This document shows positions 50,765-60,706 of a DNA stretch of 64,000 nt, piece after piece. Position 1 is the first letter of the stretch. Each line of letters begins with the position of its first letter. The translations under genes were made by a program, and so were the position numbers. Origin of the DNA: Vicugna vicugna (taxonomy: Eukaryota); NCBI GenBank assembly GCA_013265495.1, contig MU058213.1, forward strand, positions 6,650,066-6,714,065, given 5' to 3'. Below the pieces are notes generated by a model. The model saw nothing but the letters and a program-made list of their open reading frames with translations, did no database searches and had not been told where the DNA came from.

Positions 50765-53700
50765 ACCCCCGACAAACCCCAACAGCAAAGAGCAACCAGG
50801 TGTAGGCACGTGGGAGCCTCCTGAGCGTTCTGCTTTCTCTCTGCCTCTGGATCCTAGCTCCACGGCTTTTGTGTTATGAGCTTTTAGACTTTATTTGAGC
50901 ATTTGTTTTTCCAGACTGGGTCTGACTTAGATCCTAGCCAGGATCTAAGCTGGACTGGGTCGAGCGTGAGACCTTGCACAGTGAACAAAGTGTTAAGGTT
51001 GAACCATCAGGTTAACCTTACCAAAGGTAACGTAAACTACAGTGGCCACAGTGGAGAACTTTTAACCGAGGTAAGTTTGTCCATTTAGGAGGTGCCCTAG
51101 AGGAACAGGGGTCTAACCAAGCACTCACTATAAAAGGGAGAGGGAAAGTTATTTTTCTCCCTCGACAGTTTCTGGTGATCAGGATGAGACCCACTGGGAC
51201 ACTCATTCTCCCCAGACTTGCAGGTGGGATCCTGGGAAAACCGGCAGACATCAGCAAAGGGTGAGAATTCTTACCAAAGTCAGTCCTCCCAGATCTCTAT
51301 CTGTGATGACTGGTGGAGAGACTGAGATGACTGGTGGACATTTTATGCTGTCCCTTCCTTTCCAAATTCAGATCGGCAGGAAAAATACCGATAAGAATTA
51401 AATCTTTAAACTGTGACTCACCAATTTGCTTACAGGTACCCACTGGGACCTTTCTCTCCCGGGGACAGCTACTGCCTTCTTGTTTGTCTTGTTTTATATC
51501 CTGAGAACTTGGCTTGGCAACTGTCAGGTCTGGGGGCCTAAAAATATGGCCAGACAGAAATGTGAGTGGGACCCCACCTGCAGGTGGATATAGCCGGACA
51601 GGAACGTGTGTTGTACTCCACGTGCAGCTGGCATCCTGCTGACTGTGGCCAGCTCTCAGGGGAACAAAGACTTTCTTTTCTTATCTTTGGGATTGGCTCT
51701 AGAACTCACAAGGGGACTTAACTATCTTTCACACCCTCTTTAGGGACACCTCTTTCATTCATGGGATCATCAATACTGCCAGGAATATTTACTATTTGTA
51801 TCAGCTGAAACCTGACAAGATATTTTTTAAGGTTTTTTTTTTTAAGTCTATGGTCAGAAGTTGGCCACACTGGAAGCTGAAATTCAGAGCCTGAAAGGAA
51901 CATGTTTTAGACCTTCTTCCCTAACCTAAAATGAAACTATGTACCCAGAGGGAAGTAAAAACATTCTAAAGCTTATTGTGGGAGGATTTACTAAAACATC
52001 CCAAAGACACCCAGTTTTAAATCTAGAAAACAGGAATCGTTTGATTTCCATCTTAGTTGAAAACCTTCTCTCAGATATAAAAAAGCAAACTGAAGATGAT
52101 GTAGGTGGATGAGTGGGTCAGCACCTTGCTATCATTCAGGTTCTAACTCAATTTTTTTTTTTTGAAGGACTGAAAACAACTGTATTGTCTTACAAATCAA
52201 GTCTTCACAAGAACAGAAATGTGGCTCTAGAAACAATTCAAAGTGCATGTGACCTTTTTACCAGTTCCACATCCAACCCCACCCCCAACCCCATCTCAAA
52301 AGGCTTTCAGACACTGTAAAAGACCTGAACCTAGGGAACGAAAGTCCTTCTTGGTGGAACCTGCATTCTCACTCTGTGCCTTTTGACATCCAAGTATTCT
52401 ACCTGGTCTTCTCCAGGAACTAAAGTAGTTCTTATCAGAATGAAGAAAAAAAATGAAAGGAAAGGCTGTTTTGAAAACTCGGCCCATGAAAAAATTTTAA
52501 ATTTCTTCTAAAAGTATCAGTAAAAAGTTTAAGCCATCTGAGCAGATGATAACTTCTATCATCTGCCAGACACCCAGTTTATATTCAACTGTTTTTTATA
52601 AACTAGTGAGTTCTACATTGTGATTCCCGTCTCACATATAAAATTTAAAAATCAAGCTTTAAGATCTCCGTTTGCATCTGCCTATATGTTTATATATGTC
52701 TATGTATGTTTGTAACAAATGTGTGATTTTTTTTTTCCTACCTCCTGTTGGTATTGCCAAAATTAATTTGTAATGAGCTCTATTTACCTGGCTTTAAGCT
52801 TTGTCTTTAAGGTAAACAAGCAATGATATAAATCAAGTATATTCTCAAAAATGTAGAAGCTAACACAAATGTTTTCCAAGTTCATGTAATCTAGGATAAT
52901 TGTTAGTAGATAAAAGATAGTTTAAATCTGTTGGTTTAAGTAAAACAGGCATGTCATAGAGTTATCAGCATTACATGTAATACTTTTATTCTACCTAGGT
53001 TTACTGAAAGTCAAATAAGCTCATGTTATCTCTGTTATAGAATTTGTCATCAAGAAGGATAATTTAAGATGATGGTTAGCTGTTTAATCCCTCATGAGGT
53101 TTTCACGACTAATTTAAACATAAGTGTTAAGAACAACTGAATTAAATCGATACAAGTAAGATAAAGGTTTATAAATGAAGTTTTCAATAATAATTATGCT
53201 TTATGGTAGATCTACTTAAAAATAGTTTCCAAAATCTTTTTTGAAACCATAAAGTTATACTGAAGATAAGTTAAATGATGGAAAGTCATTGAAAATTTCC
53301 AATTACGATAAAATACTGAAACATTAATTACAGAATATAAGTTTCTCCACTTTTGGATTCCTTTAACAGGAACTAAAAATAATTGGGTCTATTAGTAAAC
53401 ATATTTTGGGCCACATTGGAAAACTCACTATAAGGGAGAATACACTTGTAGAAATTATGGAATGTATTTTTAAATTTGCCATGCAACAGCGTTACAGTCC
53501 ACAGTGGCTTACTTCTTAGTCTTCACTTTAAATTAAAAATTCTAAGGGTTTAAAATTCTAATCAATTTATATAATTAAAATCACGTAGAAATAATAAGGG
53601 TGAAAGGAAGTCACTGTGTATGAAAAGCAGGTAAGGAAAGTAAAATTATTGTTTGTCTCACAAAAAGAGTTAAAAATCGTAGGACAAAATCTGAATGGAT

Positions 53701-54650
53701 ATTTTAAAAAGCTTGTAGAAGTGTGTGGAAAGGAATCTTGGGAAAGAAATGTGATGTGTAGTCAAGCTGATTAAGATTGGAATGGATTCATTTACATTTT
53801 TAAAGAATGAGTTTTAAAAACAAAAGTACCCTGATGCAAGATTAGAATTTGATTTTCTCTCTGTTAAAAGGACAAAGCTTTATTAGATTATTGGTCTGCT
53901 GTTAATACAAAATTGTAACCAAAGGTTTTTCTTTACCTGTTAAGTAATCTGCCTGGACAGCAGAGATTTTGTCTTACCAAAATAATTTACTGTGCTTAAC
54001 TTGTCTTTATTAGGTCTTTCATTACTTAAGAAAACCCAGTCTTCTCAATATTAAAAGTGCTAAGTTTTGTTCATAACTATATAACCTTCCATTATTGCCT
54101 CTAACATCTTTAGTGCTGTCACGTTAGTTAAATAGATGACTAAGTATTATTTCATAACGATGTGATCTTATTTAATCAAATGTTAAAAACTTTTGACATA
54201 TTCTCAAAATCAAGTTCTAAATGGAAACTTTTTGGCCTCTAACTAACTTTGAGGATTCCTGGGAAATCTCAAATGATTTCTCTCCCACCCTGTAAAATAG
54301 AGATGTTAAACTAATCAGGTTTATTTGGTATGTTAAATTACATGGGAAGCACTGTCAAGTAAGTGATGATAAACCTTCTCAGGCTATGTTTGTATAGATG
54401 CATATGATTAACATGTGTTCTAGAAATTCTATAAAATTCCTAAAAATCTAATATGTCCTGTCTGGTATGACGTTATCAGTCATAATTCCAGTTATCTTAA
54501 ATGTTCTTATGTCCCAGAAATAACCAAATTTCCTTATCAATTCTATTATAATAAACTCTCATCTGATCTTTAACCATGGGCATGTTTCAGTCTTTGGTCA
54601 TTTACAGACAGTTACTATTTTACTCTGATGCTTTTGCAAAGTGAGACTGA

Positions 54651-54818
54651 TGGAAAGGACCCTACCAAGTACTCCTGACCACTGACATTGCTGCCAAATC
54701 ACGGGGTGTTGACACTTGGGTGTATACTTCACAACTGAAGAAGCCCCCACCTGGCATCTGGTCCTGTGCAAACAGAGAAGACCTCAAAATCCAACTGGCG
54801 AGGAAGAGAAGTAGCTGA
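54651..54818 (+). pseudogene. pol: ERV integrase C-terminal (GPY/F) remnant
   Basis: Translates WKGPYQVLLTTDIAAKSRGVDTWVYTSQLKKPPPGIWSCANREDLKIQLARKRSS*, matching the gamma-type WKGPYxVLLTT...WxHxSxLK motif. Confidence 0.88.
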
Positions 54819-54916
54819 CCTTGAGGTACACTGCTTTCTCCCAAGATGTTGGGTCAAGAACATTTCTTTCTATCCCTCTTTCCCTCTCTGACCATCCTTT
54901 TCCTAATTCTTACAGC

Positions 54917-55840
54917 ATGAAGGTCTCTATGATTCTTGTGTTCACCTTTCGTCTTGCTCTGGCCTGGAAAGAGAATGCTTACTTATTTCAGGCCACTGCA
55001 AGGAGGAGTAATCCACCTGCAATAACTGCTGGATTTGCCACACTGCTGGTCACCATGCAGGTCAGCCCGTCACAAACTTCTCTGATTTCCAATGCCTCAC
55101 TTTCTCTGGAACAACCTCAGCTCCCTCTACGGTGTCAGACTCCCTAACCTTGTGGCACCATTTCCCTGCCTCTGAGAACAATTCTAAACCCAGGGAAACT
55201 TGCACCCAGGCTCTGTACTAAAAAAGGGACATAAGACAAATGTAACTAGAACAAGACCACTGGTGCAGTCTATAGAACCTTCAATTTTATTGGCTGTCAC
55301 CTTTCCAATCCTGAGCCACATATTCAAACAGGAATTACCAGGTGGCATTCGTAATTCAAAATTAGCTTTCTCTGGCAGATCCCTACTGCCCTGGCCAGGA
55401 GTAATGCAAGTGAGGCTATGATCAGGAATCTCTCCTTAACTTTGGAAGACACTGCAGCATCTGCTGCTGACCAACAAAATTTCCTGGACTCTCTGTAGAA
55501 GGTGTTCTTGGTAATAGGCTAGCCCTTGACTGTCTTTTAGGTGAACAAGCAGGTGTTTGTGCTGTGGCCAACACCACGTGCTGTACTTGGATGGACATTT
55601 TTGGGGAAGTTGAGACTCAGCTACGTAAGATCACTGAAGAAGCCAGTTAGCTTTAGGAAACTGACTCCTTCAACTGGGGTCTTCCATTGACTTACTCGAT
55701 TCCAATTGGTTTGGCTCATGGAGACCATGGCTCCAAAGAGCACTCCAGACAATGGGACTTATCCTGCTTGTAAGAATCACAGTGGTCTCCCTGGTGTGCT
55801 GGATTCTCTCAAAAGCTTTAAGTGCATATTCACAGCTGCT
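54917..55840 (+). pseudogene. env: ERV env pseudogene (gamma-type), frameshifted, SU largely deleted
   Basis: Signal-like MKVSMILVFTFRLALAWKEN; CWIC at 55027-55038; heptad IRNLSLTLED; ISD + CX6CC VLGNRLALDCLLGEQAGVCAVANTTCCTW (55504-55590); TM-like GLILLVRITVVSLVCWIL; several stops and frameshifts. Confidence 0.92.
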
Positions 55841-56054
55841 AACTACCACGCAAACAAGCTCCCTAAGACCCGGAATGTCAGAAATGGAATGAAGAGAATG
55901 ACCGACTTACAGAATGTGAACCCAACATCACCACCTGTGAAAACCACACACGGAATCAGCAATAACTGTGAGTTTAGAACAGTAGCTGAGAGTAATGCCT
56001 TAAATTTTGATCACATCTCTCATTTAGGCTGAGAGTCTGATCAAAAGGGCAAAT

Positions 56055-56402
56055 TGTCGAAAACAAGACAACAGGCCCCAAAGGGAGTTGTTTATGCTGA
56101 GCCCTACATCACCAAACCAAGACTAAGTTTCAGTTCTCCCAGAAATGTCTTGAACGAGACAATCAGGAATTGCCTGATCAGCACTAGTTAAATAATCTGC
56201 CTGACAGACCCCTGCCGTCCCCTAAAGGAAAGTGACTTTCCAATGACCAGCCTGCATTTTTTTGCCAAGTACCCATCCCTAGTTCCCACTCCCTTCTGCC
56301 TGAAAACGTCTATTTGCTAGATTGGATGCTGCCCAATTCACGCCAATTATTGCCCAAATGAACTCTTGAAAATTTTAGTATGCCTCAGTTTATCTTTCAA
56401 CA
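56055..56402 (+). mobile_element. 3' LTR
   Basis: tgtcgaaaacaagacaacaggcccc...gcctcagtttatctttcaaca, preceded by the purine-rich aaaagggcaaa. Confidence 0.9.
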
Positions 56403-57480
56403 ATATGCAATACAATTTTAGAAGCACCCAGAGAAGTCCATGAATTACAAAACTCTTATCGGTGCTCTGAAGTATCTTTATTGGGGATCAATTACCTTTT
56501 ACTACAAAATTGCCACAGGGTTTAAAACCCATGGACCTGGAATCTCTATTTGGGGGCTTGAGCGCTCTAAATATCATATCAAGGCGGAAATGGTGGCCTG
56601 TAACTCTCTTTCTAGGCCTGAGTTTTGCTTGGGAAGAGGGTACAGAAAGAACACATGGTCCTTGAAATCTGGAGAGGGTGGGGGAGCAGATAACAGTCTG
56701 GATCATGGAGAGGGCTATCCTGCAGAAAGGCGGAGGCCAACTTGGCTGGCTTTGAGAATGGATTTCTCTTCATGGACAGAAAGGAAGCCGATAATAATAA
56801 TAATAAGCACATAACAGATGTTTCTTCAATTACATATAGGGTATTTCAACTATCTACTATTTTTATGTCTATCAACTATTTTTATGTAGCTACAACACCA
56901 GCAGACCAGGACAATACTACCAGAAGCACCAACTTCAAATTTAACAAGCTGAGAGAATAAATCTATCAAAAGTTGTCATTAACTTAGACATCAGTATGTT
57001 GGACTGTGTGATGACTCAAACCAGGGCAAGGCGGACGCTCCCCTTGGCTTGGTAAACTGCCTCTTCATTGATAATGCAAATTGTGACTGCAAACTGCATC
57101 TCTGGGGGGCTTTTAAAGTGCTTAAGGGAACACACTGCGCACTTCAGAAGCGTTCCTTTTATATGCAATTAGTCTGTTCATGACACATCATTCTTATCTA
57201 TTCATTAAAGTAAGTCCCTGGCTTAGTTGGAGGCATTTTATGGATTTACAGACTTGAGGCAATGCAGAACTCATGGGAGCCTAAAGGTCATCCATCCAGT
57301 TCACGACCCCCTGGGGTCACTCCTCTCTCAACATCAGAGCCTGGGCTACAGTTGCCTCTGATCCTGTCCAGTGAGAGGCTACTCTTGACCTCTGCTGGCT
57401 GACTCTGGAAAGATCATGAACTCTGCCTCGGTTTCCCCAGGAAGATTGTGTGCACTGTGGCTGGCGCGTAGTGTGGTCTC

Positions 57481-57711
57481 AAAATCATAGACAGAAAGGA
57501 AATTCATGGCTGCCCGGGGTTGGAGGTGGGGAGGCAGACAAATGGCAAGAGGTTTCTTTTTGGGGTGATGGAAATGTTTTATAATTAGACATGATGTGAT
57601 TGATGATGGTTGCACAACTCTGTAAATTCACCTGAAGTCAGTGAATTGTAAACTCAAAACAGGTAAATTTCATGATATGTAAATCATGCCTCAATAAAGC
57701 TGTTAAAAAAA
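57481..57711 (+). mobile_element. Old L1 (L1MB-like) 3' end
   Basis: gtttctttttggggtgatggaaatgtttt...gatggttgcacaactctgtaaat...cctcaataaagctgttaaaaaa. Confidence 0.85.
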
Positions 57712-57937
57712 CAAGATATAAAAATACACAGGGATTTTTTTTTTAATGACAAAAAAAAAACCCCAAGGTGCTAAGCATAGTATACATGAAATAAAAGCTA
57801 ATTTGGGGTGCTGTGGGAGAAAGTAGATGTGGTGAAAAAGCAAAAAAGAGTTTTAGAAAGCTTCTGCATTGTACTCTCAAGAAAATAAAAATTGTCTATG
57901 AAAGATAAAGACCATAAGACAGACTGAAAAAATGGTA

Positions 57938-58259
57938 CAGCTCCACAGCCCCTTAAGAGATCCGTGAGACCAATGTGTTTAAGAATTCAAAATTTTTTGA
58001 ATTTCAGAAAGTTAATATGAGGCATTTTCCATAAATTACATAACACCCCCAACAGGGTATGTGGTAGCATCTCATAATTAAACACATTAATATTTCTTTA
58101 ATGAAATGTATGAATATTCATACTAAGCAAGATAAATATAAGTCTATAAATAGACTCATGTCAGTTCAGGTCTGGATCCTGCCAGCCAGGGAGTTTGCTA
58201 CGAACTTGACAAAGAGCTTGGTTTTGTCAGACTCTTGGGGTTTCAGGACCAAGGACCTG
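57938..58259. mobile_element. DNA transposon MITE, Tigger-like (subfamily not assigned)
   Basis: ta|cagctccacagcccctt...ggacctg ends and internal aaacacattaatatttc...gtctataaatagactcatgtcagttcagg, recalled as an old TcMar MITE. Confidence 0.5.
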
Positions 58260-59779
58260 GTCCTCACACTGCACACTTGTTCGTCACAGGGAAGATGCCT
58301 TAGTGACTGTTACCCCTCTGTCCCCATCTTTCTCCAGGTCTCATCGCCAGACTGTCTCTCCCCAGAGAGACCCTGAAGTTGGAGACTAAGACTGGGGATA
58401 GGTTGGAATTTTTTGCTCTGCCACTACTGAGCTTAGATGAGCGTGAGATATTGAAAGGAAACAAGATAACATGGAAAATTTAAATGGAAAGCACTGTTCA
58501 GGATGGGGTGGAGAGAGAAGGACGGACCCCACTGTGTTAACTCAGGATAAAGGGCAGAGGGTATACCCTTAAAAACTAGCACAAAAGCAAGGGAAGCAGA
58601 AAGAATGAACAGTTCAGGTCTGATTCATTAGTGGGTTCTGTATTATTTACTGGGCTTATTTATTTCTCTCGGAATGACCTTGCCAAAGCTTATATAGCCT
58701 TGCAAAGGGTTTACCACCTGCCCTTCTCTATGTCTAATGCACCATGTGAGTGACTTTATCCTCCTGCCTCAACTAAGGGACCCTGGGTCGGCGGGGGTCC
58801 AGGATGCTACGGCAGCACGACCAGGAGAGCCAGAGCTCCCCCTCAGTCTGGTGACAGTGATGTGACAGCCCACCACGGCTGGGCAGACCACAGCCTATGG
58901 CCCTGAATTCCAAAGCAACTCTTTTCCACTAGACTCCCCACTTCTTCAGGGCAGGAAACTTGTGAATCAGTATTTTATTTCCAGGGCCTAACAAGCGTCT
59001 CAGTACACACATGCTGATTACTTAAACGGATGAAAGAACAAAGAAATTGAATGTCAAATAAAAGCAGTCTGATAGTTGACCGTTTTGCGAAGAAGTGCCG
59101 ACCCTTGCTCTGGGACCCAAACGGAGCTCCCGAGAAAGATGCTGTTCCTTGGGTTCTCCTCATGCTGCCCCAAATGATAGCTTCTTCTAAGCACCTGCTT
59201 CTCCCCGTGGATTTCCCACCTTAGGAGCTGTAGGAGGTGAGTCAACTATGAGCACAAATAGAACCGTATGCTGGCATCCTAAAAGTGCAGCTTTTTCATA
59301 TCCGACTCTCATCTAAGGAATCATTAAGCACCCGCAAGGCTAGAACAGAATGTGTGTCTTTGTCTTCGCCATCATACTGATCCAGTTCACCAAGTCAGAG
59401 GGCAAGACAGCTCCCAGTTTTCTACATGGGAGAGGACTGGGGGAGGGGCGGGAGAGACGTGTTAGTGCCTAATTTCCACAGCAAACAATTTGTGCGGAGG
59501 CTGTATATTTTTCCGGGTTGTTGTGGAGACACTGGGGAGATTCCCAGGGGTCTGGTAAGGCCTCCCCAGCCAACCCACAGCAGCCGCTTTAGAGAAACAC
59601 AGCCCACTCCATTCACGTGCCAAAGAGAATTCGATAAATCATTACTCGAAGTATCAGCTTTTTCCTGGGAACTGTGTTTACCTCGTCAGCATATCTTCTC
59701 CCCTCTTCCCCTTCTCCCACAAACAATTTCATCATCACGAAATCAGAGACGCTCAGATCCAGATGAGGCCTTTAAAACC

Positions 59780-60520
59780 CACGTGGTGTTAATACGGGCC
59801 CTGAGGTAACCAGCCTCCAGGTGCGGGGAACACAGCAGCCAACTCAAGCGAGTTCCCGAAATACGCCTGGCATTTTACGCACATGCATACGCTTTAGTTA
59901 TGTTAGTTCATATCCGTGTAACTACAGGGACTCACCTCGATCTCCCCTCCTTTCTGTGGAAGAGAAAACTGCAACTCAGGCACGCTGCGTGACTCTCACG
60001 TGGCCCACGGCTGACGAGTCACGGTGACACGGAATCCCGCAGAAAGTCTGAAGTCGGTGCTCTTTTGGCCAAGTCCGTGTTCCAAAGTTGGCCAAGGGGC
60101 TGACCCTGTCTGCCGTGACAAGACTCCTCCTAACGCTGGGTACGCGTCGCTGTCCCGGCACCTTTCGCCCGCTGTTAGGCCCTGAAGGCCTCGGAGCTCT
60201 AACGGCTCTGCGCAGCGGGGCCCGCCCTCCAACGCGTGACGACAGCCCTCAGGGCCGCCCCCTTCCTCGCAGCCACGCCCCTCCAGCTGCTGCCCCAGGG
60301 CCAGGTGTCTCCTGTCAGCGCGCGTCTCCGCCTGCAGGGGGAGCACCGCAGGGGGTGGGGAGGCGAGAGAGCCACGAACACAGGTGGTCTGTTGATGTGG
60401 CGTCTGCAGAAGCATGGGGGAGAAACGGCTTGGTAGTTTCAGACCTCTGGGTCTGAAGCTCAAGCCCGAGGAAGTAGCTTGTTCCTGTCCCTCCGTTATC
60501 TTGGCGGGAGATAAGCGGAC
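59780..60520. promoter_or_regulatory. CpG island-like segment, no associated gene visible
   Basis: Hand count of about 47 CpGs in 59780-60402, against a CpG-poor background; GC-rich; E-boxes cacgtg at 59780 and 59997; CTCF-like cctgcagggggagcac at 60331-60346. Confidence 0.7.
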
Positions 60521-60644
60521 AGGTGCACATGGGATGGACTGGGGACCGCCTCTGCCCTCCCTGCCTGCTCACAGAGCACCAGAGCCCCAGACGCCTATAT
60601 TGCCTATCTTTAGAGCCTCTCTTCAAAAAAAAAAAAAGCTTTTC

Positions 60645-60706
60645 TCCTTCCCTTCCTCGCTCCTTCCTTCCATCCTCCCTCCCTCCTTGCTTGCTTGCTT
60701 CCTTCC
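60645..60706. repeat. (CCTT/CCCT/GCTT)n simple repeat
   Basis: Visible tetranucleotide pyrimidine-rich repeat following an A-run. Confidence 0.8.

Larger units (their letters stand above)
50368..56402 (+). mobile_element. Defective class I (gamma-like) ERV provirus, MER34/MER4-group-like, with both LTRs
   Basis: Homologous LTRs at 50368-50742 and 56055-56402 (acaagacaacaggccc, cccctaaaggaaagt, gcctcagtttat...aaca); PBS, purine tract at 56043-56053, pol and env remnants; TSD atac/atat. Confidence 0.92.

Noticed and set aside
51761..52480. Possible gag start (atgggatcatca, MGSS)
   Set aside because: Myristoylation-like start at a plausible position, but I could not recover any MA/CA motif downstream.
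54917..55840. Domesticated env gene (syncytin or HEMO/ERVMER34-1 ortholog)
   Set aside because: Multiple stops and frameshifts, and SU largely missing; sits in a decayed provirus.
57066..57081. SOX2-OCT4 composite element
   Set aside because: cattgataatgcaaat has one extra base and lacks CATTGT; only the octamer half matches.
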